Below the pieces are notes generated by a model that was given only the letters and a program-made list of their open reading frames with translations, ran no database searches and had not been told where the DNA came from. Made by a program: the position numbers and the translations under genes. A stretch of 64,000 bases of DNA from Candidatus Dojkabacteria bacterium (GTDB lineage Bacteria; Patescibacteriota; Dojkabacteria; J137): contig JAMQHH010000013.1 in assembly GCA_025993875.1 (NCBI GenBank), positions 8,459 through 72,458 on the forward strand. Reading direction: 5' to 3'. Below, piece by piece: positions 27,302-36,949 of the stretch (position 1 is the stretch's first letter; each line of letters starts with the position of its first letter).

Positions 27302-28795
27302 ATGAACGATGTTTTATACAGAAAATATAGAGCAGCTACCTTTGCCGAAATAATTGGACAGGAGCATGTTGTTAGTATTTTAAAATCTGCAATACTAAAC
27401 GAAAAAGCATCTCATGCATATCTTTTTGCAGGCCCAAGAGGCACAGGTAAAACTTCAATAGCGCGTCTTTTGGCAAAAGGGGTAAACTGCAGTAATTTTA
27501 AAGAGAAGGGAGATATTTGTAATAATTGTGAAGAGTGTAAACTAATTAATAATGCCGAAGCTCTTGATGTTATAGAGATGGATGCTGCTTCTAATAGAGG
27601 TATTGAAGAGATAAGAAATTTAAAAGAAACGATTAATTTTTTACCTGTAACTTTACGTAAAAAAATTTACATACTTGACGAGGCTCATATGCTTACTAAA
27701 GAAGCTTTTAATGCGTTGTTAAAAACCCTCGAAGAGCCTCCTTCACATGTAATTTTTATTCTGGCCACAACTGAGCCAAATAAAATCCCCCTTACTGTAT
27801 TATCACGAGTCCAAAGATTTGATTTAACTCTTGCTTCATCAATCGAACTTGTCAAAAAATTGGCCTTTATCGTACAAAAAGAGGGTTTTAGATCAGATCC
27901 AAAAGCTCTGGAAAGTATCTTCAAGCTATCAGGAGGAAGCTTTAGAGATGCAGAAAGTCTTTTAGGAAAAGTAATGGTTAATTCAACGGATAAATTTATA
28001 GGCGAAAAAGAGGTTGCTTCTTCCTTGGGGCTGTTAGAAACCGAGCTATTAAACAATTTTATTTTCTCTTTGCTGAGAGGTGATTACGAAGGTTGTATGC
28101 ACAACTTAGCTAAAATTACGGCTGCAAGTGTAAATCTTTCTTATTTTATCGAGCAGCTAATAAAAATATTAAAAGACTTATTGGTTAATGCAGTCAATAA
28201 ATCTTCTACAGAATTCTCCGTAACATCGATTATTAAACTTATAAATGCTGTATTTGAGCTAAAGACCGAGGTAAAAGATTTTTCCGATAAAGAGGCAATT
28301 ATTCAAATATTTGTAATAAAGTATTTACATAACAACAGTGTTACAACATTAGAGCAAAATAATACAGCACAGGTAAAAAAAACCATATCTGCAAGAGTTA
28401 TCTCAAGCACCGATGTCAAAACAGGACCCGAAAATGATCAAGTTGCTAGATTTATAGCAAAATGTGGCGAAGTAAGCCTACGCTTAAAAACAGCTCTGTT
28501 TGATTGTATTATTTCTTTACATGAAAAGGTTCTGCTTATAAAAAACCCGTACAAACATACATTGGCATATTTATCAAAAAGCGAGGTCTTAGAAATAATT
28601 ACAAAAATAGCTAGAGAACTTTTTGGTGATGATTTAACTTTAGATCTAGCGCTTTTAGAAAATATAAATTCGAAAAAAAGCCCAGAGCAAAGAGAAATAG
28701 AGATAGAGGAGGTAGTAACATCAAAATCAGAAGTAAAAGATGATAAAATTTTAGATAACTCTGAACTGGTAGAGAGTATTTTACTTATTAGTTAA
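27302..28795 (+). CDS. dnaX: DNA polymerase III subunit gamma/tau
   Basis: Walker A GPRGTGKTS, a Zn module (CxxC...C..C), DEAHML, and sensor 2. It begins the conserved dnaX-ybaB-recR order. Confidence 0.9.
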   Translation: MNDVLYRKYRAATFAEIIGQEHVVSILKSAILNEKASHAYLFAGPRGTGKTSIARLLAKGVNCSNFKEKGDICNNCEECKLINNAEALDVIEMDAASNRGIEEIRNLKETINFLPVTLRKKIYILDEAHMLTKEAFNALLKTLEEPPSHVIFILATTEPNKIPLTVLSRVQRFDLTLASSIELVKKLAFIVQKEGFRSDPKALESIFKLSGGSFRDAESLLGKVMVNSTDKFIGEKEVASSLGLLETELLNNFIFSLLRGDYEGCMHNLAKITAASVNLSYFIEQLIKILKDLLVNAVNKSSTEFSVTSIIKLINAVFELKTEVKDFSDKEAIIQIFVIKYLHNNSVTTLEQNNTAQVKKTISARVISSTDVKTGPENDQVARFIAKCGEVSLRLKTALFDCIISLHEKVLLIKNPYKHTLAYLSKSEVLEIITKIARELFGDDLTLDLALLENINSKKSPEQREIEIEEVVTSKSEVKDDKILDNSELVESILLIS

Positions 28796-28800
28796 ACTAT

Positions 28801-29127
28801 ATGGGAATTTTAGATAGTGCAAAAATGTTAAGGCAAGCTATGCAAGCCAAAAAGAAGATGAGCCAAATAAAAGGGGTGGGTCAGGCCGGTATTATAAAAG
28901 GAATTATTATTGATGGTTTGTACACAGTTTCGGCTTTAGAAGTAAATAAAGATGAACTAACATCTAGACTTTCTAAATTTGGGTCTACTGAATCTTTAAT
29001 CAACGAAGTTTCTAGATTAATTGAACAAGATACTAAAGCCGCAATGGCAGATGCAAAAAAACATCTGGAAAAACAGATGGCCAGTGCAACAAGCTTAGAC
29101 GATTTAAGATCAATGCTAAGTAATTAA
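28801..29127 (+). CDS. ybaB: YbaB/EbfC family nucleoid-associated protein
   Basis: 108 aa, in the conserved position between dnaX and recR. Confidence 0.8.
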   Translation: MGILDSAKMLRQAMQAKKKMSQIKGVGQAGIIKGIIIDGLYTVSALEVNKDELTSRLSKFGSTESLINEVSRLIEQDTKAAMADAKKHLEKQMASATSLDDLRSMLSN

Positions 29128-29128
29128 A

Positions 29129-29731
29129 ATGAGTTCCCCAGAAGAGCTTTTAAAACTCTCTTATCTAATATCTCAGTTGCCGGGGGTGGGTTCGAGGTTG
29201 GCATCCAAAGCGGCTATTTACCTGGCCTTAAATCCTAATAACTACACTGAAAATTTAGTTGAGGGCATAAAATCCGTAATAGAAAAATTGGGCTCGTGTG
29301 CCAATTGTGGAAATTTATCTAAAAGAGGCGAAAGTTGCAGAATATGCAGGAATAATTTAAGAGTAGAAGACCAGGTAATGGTGGTGCAGGATGTAAGCGG
29401 TTTGAATACAATAGAGGAATCGGGAGCTTACAATGGAAAGTATCACGTTTTGGGGGGAGTTCTATCTCCTTCTAGAGGTATAACTCCAGTAGATTTAAAA
29501 ATTGAAGGGCTGCTAAAAAGGCTAGTAGATGGCACTATAGAGGTAATTTTTGCTCTAAATCCAGATTTGGAAGGAGAAGCAACAATTATGTTTTTAAAAG
29601 ATAAGATAATAAAGATTAACTCCAATGTTAAATTTTCGAGGCTGGCAAGGGGAATCCCTACCGGCTCGGATATAGAGTTTTTGCCGGGGAGAACTCTGGC
29701 TGAATCTATAAAACAACGCACCCTTTTTTAG
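29129..29731 (+). CDS. recR: Recombination protein RecR
   Basis: HhH N-terminus, a C4 zinc finger (CANCGN...CRIC), and Toprim. Confidence 0.9.
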   Translation: MSSPEELLKLSYLISQLPGVGSRLASKAAIYLALNPNNYTENLVEGIKSVIEKLGSCANCGNLSKRGESCRICRNNLRVEDQVMVVQDVSGLNTIEESGAYNGKYHVLGGVLSPSRGITPVDLKIEGLLKRLVDGTIEVIFALNPDLEGEATIMFLKDKIIKINSNVKFSRLARGIPTGSDIEFLPGRTLAESIKQRTLF

Positions 29732-29873
29732 CCAAATTCTTGGTTGAACTTGGAATTCGACCGTTAGTGTTGTATAATTGGAGAGCTAAAAACAGAATTA
29801 AGGAAAAATTCAAATGTGCCTACAGGTTAAGGCAATTTTAGTTTAATATTATTTATTTAAAAATAACTGGTTT

Positions 29874-30161
29874 ATGAAATACGAGTTGATGATACTGGCA
29901 AAGCCACTTACCAACGAAGATGTAAGAGATAAGGTTTTATCGAAAATAGAGAAAAAAATTATTTCCGAAAAAGGTAGTTTTAAGGTAGTAGAATTTATTG
30001 GAAAGAGGCTTTTAGCTTATCCTGTAAAGAAATTTAAGGAGGGAGTATATATTTTATGTAGGGTCGAAATCTCGGCCGAAAAAGCAACTGAATTAAAAAA
30101 AATAATAAGTTTAACGCCAGAGGTTTTAAGATTTTTACTTCTTAAAGAAGAGAATCTTTAA
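29874..30161 (+). CDS. rpsF: 30S ribosomal protein S6
   Basis: MKYELMILAKP..., 95 aa, in the rpsF-ssb-rpsR context. Confidence 0.85.
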   Translation: MKYELMILAKPLTNEDVRDKVLSKIEKKIISEKGSFKVVEFIGKRLLAYPVKKFKEGVYILCRVEISAEKATELKKIISLTPEVLRFLLLKEENL

Positions 30162-30192
30162 TATTAATTTAATTATTTATTATTTTCAATGT

Positions 30193-30672
30193 ATGTCCAA
30201 GGCTAGATCACTGAATAAGGTAATGTTAATAGGTAACCTTACCAGAAATCCTGTTTTAAAAGAGGCAGGAAATAATGTTGTAGTTTGTACTTTTGGAATA
30301 GCTACTAATACCAGCTGGAAAGATAAAGCCGGAACTTTTAAAGAGAGAGCAGAGTACCATAATTTGATAGCTTTTAATAAGCTAGGAGAGATTTGCGCAC
30401 AGGTTTTAGCCACAGGGATGTTAGTTTGGGTTGAAGGTGAATTAAGAACAAGAGTAACCGAAGATGAAACCGGAAAAAAATCCTATAGAACAGAAATAAA
30501 GCTAAATGATATGATTTTAATCGATAGCAAAGGCAAAAAAGGAGTCGGTGCTCAAAGTGTAGAGCCTCAAGAAGCTGATTCCACTTCTTCTGTTGTAGAA
30601 GAGGAGATGACCGATTCACCTGCACACGAAGTTCCTGTAGAAGAGGAATTTAAAAGTGAAGATTTATTTTAA
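30193..30672 (+). CDS. ssb: Single-stranded DNA-binding protein
   Basis: An OB fold (LNKVMLIGNLTRNPVLK...) with an acidic C-terminal tail (EEEFKSEDLF). Confidence 0.9.
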   Translation: MSKARSLNKVMLIGNLTRNPVLKEAGNNVVVCTFGIATNTSWKDKAGTFKERAEYHNLIAFNKLGEICAQVLATGMLVWVEGELRTRVTEDETGKKSYRTEIKLNDMILIDSKGKKGVGAQSVEPQEADSTSSVVEEEMTDSPAHEVPVEEEFKSEDLF

Positions 30673-30688
30673 GAGTTATTAAAGAATT

Positions 30689-30964
30689 ATGACAGTAGGT
30701 TCAAATCAACCATTTAATAAAAATAATAAAAGGAAGAAAGGTAGAAAAATCATTAAACCTACCAATTTAAAATGTCCTTTTAATGGTAAAGCGGAGAAAA
30801 TCGATTATAAAGATATCTCTACGTTAAAAAAATATATCTCGACGAGAGGAAGAATATTCCCTTCTTCGAAAACGGGAGTATCAAGAAAATGCCAAAGAAA
30901 ATTGGCTCTGTCAATAAAGAGAGCCCGTTATATGGCTATGCTTCCATTTGTCCAGTATGTATAA
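30689..30964 (+). CDS. rpsR: 30S ribosomal protein S18
   Basis: CPF..., YISTRGRI, and [17 protein letters not shown]. Confidence 0.9.
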   Translation: MTVGSNQPFNKNNKRKKGRKIIKPTNLKCPFNGKAEKIDYKDISTLKKYISTRGRIFPSSKTGVSRKCQRKLALSIKRARYMAMLPFVQYV

Positions 30965-30984
30965 AACTGATTTCTAAAACTAAA

Positions 30985-31014
30985 GGCCGAATTCTTGTTC
31001 GGTCTTTATTTTTC
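30985..31014 (+). terminator. Rho-independent terminator after rpsR
   Basis: GGCCGAA (30985-30991) pairs with TTCGGTC (30998-31004), one G-U, 6-nt loop. It is followed by TTTATTTTTC. Confidence 0.5.
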
Positions 31015-31315
31015 AACAATAGCTTAATTCTATACAGATTCATTAGACAGAATTTATCTATAATATACAAAAATAAAGCCAATATTGTAGCTAGTTTCAT
31101 TGATTACAGTAACATTTAAATAATATTAAAATGCAGATAAATTGAACACTCCCTGGTATTCTTTTTTTAAAAAGCGATTGCAATAATTAGGTTGCTTCGA
31201 CAAGTGTATACCGATAAAAACTACCAGTGAACAAGCCTATTAAAGGATTTGAAAAGAATTTTGTTTATAAAACAATTTTTGCTAAACTTTATGGGTATTT
31301 AAATTTTCTTTATTT

Positions 31316-32557
31316 ATGGAAGACAAAAAAACGCCTATACTTTTTACAGCTATAGCAGCTTTAGTTTTGGGTTTCTCGCTAGGAGTGGTGGCATTTGGTG
31401 TATTGTCAACTGCAGGCCTATTTGCAACTTCTAACAATTCTACTGGAAATAACTCCTCAAATACAAATTCATCTTCAATTATCGATCAAACCCTTATTGA
31501 GGAGATTTACCGTAATATTTTAAACAAGTATATAGGCGAGATTCCATCGGATGAGAGTATTGAAGATGGCCTTGCCAAAGGTTTGGTAGCAGCTTTAGAA
31601 GATCCATATGCTTCTTATCTTAATTCTGCAGAAACAAAGCAATACATGGAGAGTAGAAATCCAGACTTCGAAGGAATTGGAATAACCTTAAGATTTAATG
31701 GCGAAAACACAGAGGTTGAGAGCGTTTTAGAGGGAAATCCTGCCGAAAAAGCTGGAATAATGCCCGGAGACATTGTTTCTAAAATAGATAAAATAAATTT
31801 TTTGGGGAGCAATCCTTCTACTGTTGCTGCAAACATTCGTGGGCCTAAAGGCTCGGAGGTTGTTTTAGAGATAATACGGCTCGAAAATAATGAATATATT
31901 ACCAAAGAGATTTCGATTATTAGGGATAAAATTGAAGTTGAGAATATATCATATAAAGATTTGGGAAACGGGATTTTTAAGATAGATATAAGTCAGTTTA
32001 TAGATACCGATCCTTTTGTCTTTAACAGTAACTGGGATGATGTTGTTACACAAATACTTAGTACTAATGCAAACCCCAAAGGAATTATATTAGATTTAAG
32101 AAATAATCCTGGCGGTTATGTATATAGTGTTAGATATGTGGCTGAGGAATTTTTAGAGAATGGAGAAATTATTATGATGGAAGAAACAAGGCAAGCCGAC
32201 AGACAAGTATATAAAGATTTTCGAAAAGGCAGGCTTGAAAGTGTAGCTTTAGTTGTTTTAATAAACGAAGGGAGCGCATCTGCTTCGGAGATTTTTGCTG
32301 CAGCGATGCAAGATAACCAAAGGGCAGAAATTCTTGGTATGCCAAGTGTGGGTAAGGGAGTGGAGCAGGAGGTAATAAGCGATTTACATGGAGGTGGAAC
32401 TCTTATTTTGCCGTTCCAAAAATGGCTTACCCCGGCGGGGAATAACATATCAGGCGATTCTCCAATAGAACCAGACAAAATTGTAGATCTTGATATTGAA
32501 AGGTTTCAAAAAGAGAAATATGATTCCCAGATGGAGGCAGCTTTAGAGGCATTATAA
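31316..32557 (+). CDS. S41-family C-terminal processing (tail-specific) peptidase with PDZ domain
   Basis: N-terminal TM, a PDZ region, and S41 signatures (LDLRNNPGGY ... NEGSASASEIFAAAMQD). Confidence 0.85.
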   Translation: MEDKKTPILFTAIAALVLGFSLGVVAFGVLSTAGLFATSNNSTGNNSSNTNSSSIIDQTLIEEIYRNILNKYIGEIPSDESIEDGLAKGLVAALEDPYASYLNSAETKQYMESRNPDFEGIGITLRFNGENTEVESVLEGNPAEKAGIMPGDIVSKIDKINFLGSNPSTVAANIRGPKGSEVVLEIIRLENNEYITKEISIIRDKIEVENISYKDLGNGIFKIDISQFIDTDPFVFNSNWDDVVTQILSTNANPKGIILDLRNNPGGYVYSVRYVAEEFLENGEIIMMEETRQADRQVYKDFRKGRLESVALVVLINEGSASASEIFAAAMQDNQRAEILGMPSVGKGVEQEVISDLHGGGTLILPFQKWLTPAGNNISGDSPIEPDKIVDLDIERFQKEKYDSQMEAALEAL

Positions 32558-32576
32558 GGTTTCTTTAAACCTGTTA

Positions 32577-33668
32577 TTAGTTAAGCTTTCGAAGCTCTAT
32601 ACCGCTTTCTTCGACGATATCACCGATTCCGCCCGCCATAACCTCGTTAATGTTAAACCAGCTTTTGCCAATACGATGATCGGTAATTCTGGATTGGGGA
32701 AAATTATATGTTCTTATTTTAGCTGATCTATCTCCTCCCTGAATTGAATCTAATCTAATGTTCTTTTCTTTAACCTGTTTCTTTGCAAGTTCAATCTCGT
32801 AAAGCCTGCTTTTTAAAACCGACATGGCAAACTCCTTGTTTTTATGCTGTGATTTGCTGTTTTGACAGGTTACAGTTATTTTAGAAGGAAGATGAGTTAT
32901 TCTAACTGCCGAATCGGTTGTATTAACAGACTGCCCACCGGGACCAGTTGCCCTATAAACATCTATTCTTAAATCTGATGGTTCTATTTTGATATCAATA
33001 TTATCAAATTGAGGCATAACAACAATACTTGCAGTAGAGGTATGAATCCTTCCTAAGGTCTCTGTGGATGGAACTCTTTGAACTCTATGAACACCACCTT
33101 CAAACCTAAGCAGGCCAAACGATCCAGGCAAATCAACTAAAAATATAGCTAAGTTTATTCCTCCTTCAACATTGTAATCAATAGTGTATACTTCAATTTT
33201 TATTCCAGATTTCGAAAAACTAGCCAGGTATGCTTTAAAAAGGTCCTCAGCAAATAATGCCGCCTCTACTCCTCCTACTCCTGGGCGAATCTCAATAATG
33301 GCTTTCGAATCATCGTTATCTAGTTTTTTAACATTTAGCTTTTCGAGTTCGGCTAGTTTAGAAGTAGCCTCTTGCTCAAGCTTTTTTATATCATCTTTGG
33401 CGAGACCACCAAGTTCCAAATCAGTTAAAAGGTTTTCTGTGGAATCCAGATCGGCTAACAGGATTTTTAATGAGTTTATAAGCCCTAATTTTTTTTGTAG
33501 CTTTTCCACCTCTTTACTAATTTTGCCATACTCGGCAGAATTAAAATTTTTACTGTCGGAAAGTGATTTTTCTCCCAATAGGGATAGCCTATCCAGCTCT
33601 TCTTTTGTAAACGATTCGTCCGAGATTTCGAGCTCTTTTAGAACTCTTTCTTTTAATGAAGTGTTCAT
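32577..33668 (-). CDS. prfA: Peptide chain release factor 1
   Basis: GGQ motif (GPGGQSVN) and a PxT-type codon-recognition motif (VPSTE) rather than SPF. There is no programmed frameshift. Confidence 0.8.
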   Translation of the reverse strand: MNTSLKERVLKELEISDESFTKEELDRLSLLGEKSLSDSKNFNSAEYGKISKEVEKLQKKLGLINSLKILLADLDSTENLLTDLELGGLAKDDIKKLEQEATSKLAELEKLNVKKLDNDDSKAIIEIRPGVGGVEAALFAEDLFKAYLASFSKSGIKIEVYTIDYNVEGGINLAIFLVDLPGSFGLLRFEGGVHRVQRVPSTETLGRIHTSTASIVVMPQFDNIDIKIEPSDLRIDVYRATGPGGQSVNTTDSAVRITHLPSKITVTCQNSKSQHKNKEFAMSVLKSRLYEIELAKKQVKEKNIRLDSIQGGDRSAKIRTYNFPQSRITDHRIGKSWFNINEVMAGGIGDIVEESGIELRKLN

Positions 33669-33676
33669 TACTTGAA

Positions 33677-33988
33677 CTATTTTATTTTATCGAGCATGTC
33701 CTTAAGAGTTAACGCGCCGGTGCTTGATGCTTTTTTCTCTTTACGTTTTTCTATTCTGTCTTTTTTGGATAGAACAGGAACTGCTTTTGCAGTTTGGACT
33801 TTTTTATTGAATTTATCAACAAGGTTATCTACATCTACCAGTACTTCTTTGCCAGAGATATATGGGTGATTTCCTGCCCATATTTCTACATTCATTTCAT
33901 CAGATGTTGAGCCAACCGTCATTATAACTTTACCGTTTAAAAGCACCTTTGCTTCTTTGTTCCATTTGGGATGAATGCTCTTTTTCAT
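33677..33988 (-). CDS. rpmE: 50S ribosomal protein L31 with C-terminal basic extension
   Basis: MKKSIHPKW...HPYISGK, an L31 core of about 65 aa plus a roughly 35-aa K-rich tail. Confidence 0.8.
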   Translation of the reverse strand: MKKSIHPKWNKEAKVLLNGKVIMTVGSTSDEMNVEIWAGNHPYISGKEVLVDVDNLVDKFNKKVQTAKAVPVLSKKDRIEKRKEKKASSTGALTLKDMLDKIK

Positions 33989-34132
33989 ACTAAAAATTAC
34001 TTATTTAAGCAGGTAATTATAGCAGTTTAGTCTGTCAAAAACCAGTATATTTGCTATAATTTTATGCTAATATTAAATACATTTTTTATCCGATAGACGG
34101 GATATTTTTCTTATTTATTTCTACCCTTTATT

Positions 34133-34678
34133 ATGAATTTAAAAATTCTCGATTCAAAAAGCTTTTTAGCAGAAAAATCCGATGGAAGAGCTAAACTGAT
34201 GGTTATATTTTCTGATGGGCATATTTCTTTCTCTGTAGTTACTTCGGAGGGGACACTAGAGGCCACAACACCAGGCGAATTTGAGAAGGGCGGAATCTCT
34301 CTTAATAGTGTAGAGACTCCAATTGATAATAGTAATTACCTTGGCCTGCCAAATTTTCTACTTGTAAGGTGTGAAAATATTAAATGCGGTGTAATAACCG
34401 ATGCGACTATTTTAAAACACGAAAATTTAAAGGGTATAGAAGATGTCGATCTGCTAATAGCTCCTCAAATGGAAATGGAAAGGGTAAAGGCAGCTGTGGG
34501 CTTTTTTGAGCCCTCCAAATTAGCTATTTTATCTAAAATCGGAAAGGATGCATTTGTAACATTATCGGATCTTGCGAAAATCTTCCCCTTTTCGGAAGAA
34601 GTTTCTTCCTTTAAGGTAAAAGATAGCGATTTTTCCCAGGAATCGCCCGTTCAAACGAAAGTTTATTTTATAAAGTAA
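34133..34678 (+). CDS. Hypothetical protein (181 aa)
   Basis: A clean ORF abutting dnaB with a 1-nt gap. I recognise no family. Confidence 0.3.
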   Translation: MNLKILDSKSFLAEKSDGRAKLMVIFSDGHISFSVVTSEGTLEATTPGEFEKGGISLNSVETPIDNSNYLGLPNFLLVRCENIKCGVITDATILKHENLKGIEDVDLLIAPQMEMERVKAAVGFFEPSKLAILSKIGKDAFVTLSDLAKIFPFSEEVSSFKVKDSDFSQESPVQTKVYFIK

Positions 34679-34679
34679 A

Positions 34680-36017
34680 ATGAATAGTTCTAAAAGAGTT
34701 CCACCTCAAAATTTAGAAGCGGAAACAGCATTGTTAAGCTCTATTTTAGTTGATAGCGCAGCACTTCCAAGAGTTATCGACTTGTTGGAACCCCAATACT
34801 TTTACGATTTAAGAAATGCTATACTTTTTGAGCATATAAAGGCAATCTATAAAGAAAACAGACCGGTTGATGTAATAACACTAACTTCCAGACTAAAAAA
34901 ACTTTCCTTGCTAAAACAAGCCGGAGGAACTACATATTTAACTGAGATAATATCGGAAGTTCCTACTTCGGCAAATGTAGAGGAATACGCATATTTAGTT
35001 AGAGATGCAGCGATAAGAAGGCAACTAATTAGCCTTGCAGGCGAAATTGATTCTGTAAGTAGAGAGGAGCAAAGAGAGTTACCCGATATTGTAGACGAGA
35101 TCCAAAAAAAAATTCTAAGTGTATCTTCTGAAAATGTTCAACAGGATTTTTTTGATTCGCAAACACTATTAGAGATGCAAATGGAGCGGGCAGATGAATA
35201 TGCCCGTAATCCGGAATCTCTACGAGGACTTTCTACAGGAATTAACTCTTTAGACGAAAAATTGCAGGGATTGCATAAATCAGATTTAATAATAGTGGCA
35301 GCGCGGCCAAGTGTAGGAAAAAGTGCGTTTGTTTTTGATATTGCAAGATATATTGCTGTGTCTGATAAAAAAACAGTTGCAATATTCTCACTAGAAATGC
35401 CCGGGGTTCAGGTTATAGAAAGAATGATAGCCCAAGAATCGAGAATTAATCTGTGGAATATTAGAATGGCTAATTTACGGGAGAATGAATATAAAAGATA
35501 CAACGAAGGAGTGGCAAAGCTTTCGGAATCTAAAATCTTTATCGATGAAACATCGGGTATTAACATTATGCAAATAAGGTCTAAAGCTAGAAAACTTAAA
35601 ATGGAACATGGGCTTGATCTTCTTGTAATTGATTACTTGCAGCTTATGCAAGGTAGAGCAAATATCGAAAATAGAGCTCAAGAGATTGCCGAAATTTCCA
35701 GATCTTTAAAAATTCTTGCAAGAGAACTTAATATTCCTATTGTAGCTTTATCACAGCTTAACAGAGCTGTAGAAAATAGAATGGATAAAATCCCTCAATT
35801 ATCTGATCTGAGGGAGTCTGGATCTATAGAGCAAGATGCAGATATTGTAATCTTTTTAGGAAGGGATGTGGTTGCCGATGAGGAGATAGACCCCTCTAAT
35901 GTAAAAGTAGACGTTTTTATAGCTAAACATAGAAATGGACCAACAGGGAGGTTTCAATTATCTTTTGTTAGTCCGCAAACTAAGTTTTTGGATATCGAAC
36001 AAGCAGCTTCGAGCTGA
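34680..36017 (+). CDS. dnaB: Replicative DNA helicase DnaB
   Basis: NLEAETALLSSIL N-terminus, a RecA-like core with Walker A ARPSVGKSAF, and Walker B DLLVIDYLQLM. Confidence 0.95.
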   Translation: MNSSKRVPPQNLEAETALLSSILVDSAALPRVIDLLEPQYFYDLRNAILFEHIKAIYKENRPVDVITLTSRLKKLSLLKQAGGTTYLTEIISEVPTSANVEEYAYLVRDAAIRRQLISLAGEIDSVSREEQRELPDIVDEIQKKILSVSSENVQQDFFDSQTLLEMQMERADEYARNPESLRGLSTGINSLDEKLQGLHKSDLIIVAARPSVGKSAFVFDIARYIAVSDKKTVAIFSLEMPGVQVIERMIAQESRINLWNIRMANLRENEYKRYNEGVAKLSESKIFIDETSGINIMQIRSKARKLKMEHGLDLLVIDYLQLMQGRANIENRAQEIAEISRSLKILARELNIPIVALSQLNRAVENRMDKIPQLSDLRESGSIEQDADIVIFLGRDVVADEEIDPSNVKVDVFIAKHRNGPTGRFQLSFVSPQTKFLDIEQAASS

Positions 36018-36071
36018 TTCTTACTAGATTAATTTAATAAGGTAAATTATAATTAGGCAAGCATTAAGCTT

Positions 36072-36157
36072 GTCGAAGTGGTGGAACTGGTAGACACGTC
36101 AGACTCAAAATCTGGTGCCTTTAAAAAGGCGTGAGGGTTCAAGTCCCTCCTTCGATA
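36072..36157 (+). tRNA. tRNA-Leu (anticodon CAA), class II
   Basis: GTCGAAGTGGTGGAACTGGTAGACAC..., anticodon loop CTCAAAA, a long variable arm, and a TTCAAGT T-loop. The exact 5' end is uncertain because the 1:72 pair is G-T. Confidence 0.7.
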
Positions 36158-36185
36158 ATTTAAATACTTTTTATAGCCCAAATAT

Positions 36186-36833
36186 ATGTTGGATTCAATC
36201 CTTTCCTTATTAAACGGTAGCATCAATTACACAGTGATAACAGGTATTATAATTCTCTATTTTGCTTCGCTCTGGATTATTCTAACAATATGGGTTTTTG
36301 CTGATTCAAAGAAGAGATTTAACACTTTACTATGGCCTATTGTCTTTACTGTTGCAGTTTTACCTTTAAACATTCCTGTTTTAGTTCTATATCTGGTAAT
36401 GAGGCCTGAACTTGAAGATGAAAATGTTGTTTATCTAAAAGGTGATAGCCAACAAATCAAACCCGCAGGAGGAGTAAATTTACCAATAGTAAATTTTGTA
36501 GATTCTGAGGGAGATGCTGTTTTGAGTCTGGAAATAAAGGTTAGCAAAAAGCCCTCTGAACTTCACGACGCAAAATTAGAATTGGAATGGGTTTCTAAAA
36601 AAGAGTCATTTAAAACTGTAGAAATGGAATCTCCAAAAGAAGCTGGGACTGAGGTCGTTTTAGATGATGACTTTTCTGAAACTGATAAAACAAAAAAGGA
36701 TCCATTTTCTGTAAAAAATGAAGTGCTTTTTTGGAAGAGTGGTGTTGGCAAATCAGTGCGTCATGCTAAGCATCTTTTTAAAAAAACTTTTAAAAGGAAG
36801 GCTTCTAGCGCACTAGGTAATGAAAAGGTATAG
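36186..36833 (+). CDS. Membrane protein with N-terminal PLDc_N-like two-helix domain and a soluble C-terminal region
   Basis: LWIILTIWVFADSKKRFNTLLWPIVF...YLVMRPE resembles the PLD-nuclease N-terminal (W..D..R / YL..R) membrane domain. Confidence 0.4.
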   Translation: MLDSILSLLNGSINYTVITGIIILYFASLWIILTIWVFADSKKRFNTLLWPIVFTVAVLPLNIPVLVLYLVMRPELEDENVVYLKGDSQQIKPAGGVNLPIVNFVDSEGDAVLSLEIKVSKKPSELHDAKLELEWVSKKESFKTVEMESPKEAGTEVVLDDDFSETDKTKKDPFSVKNEVLFWKSGVGKSVRHAKHLFKKTFKRKASSALGNEKV

Positions 36834-36949
36834 TAGATATTTGAATAGCCAAAATAAGCTAAATCCAAATTACAGAAATAATTTGAGATAAACGCATTGC
36901 TGATTGGCTAAAAGGCACTTAATACTATTTTTCTTCATTTTAAATTGAG

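Noticed and set aside
30889-31119. 76-aa ORF overlapping the end of rpsR
   Set aside because: It runs across the rpsR terminator hairpin, has no RBS context, and is low-complexity, so it is likely spurious.
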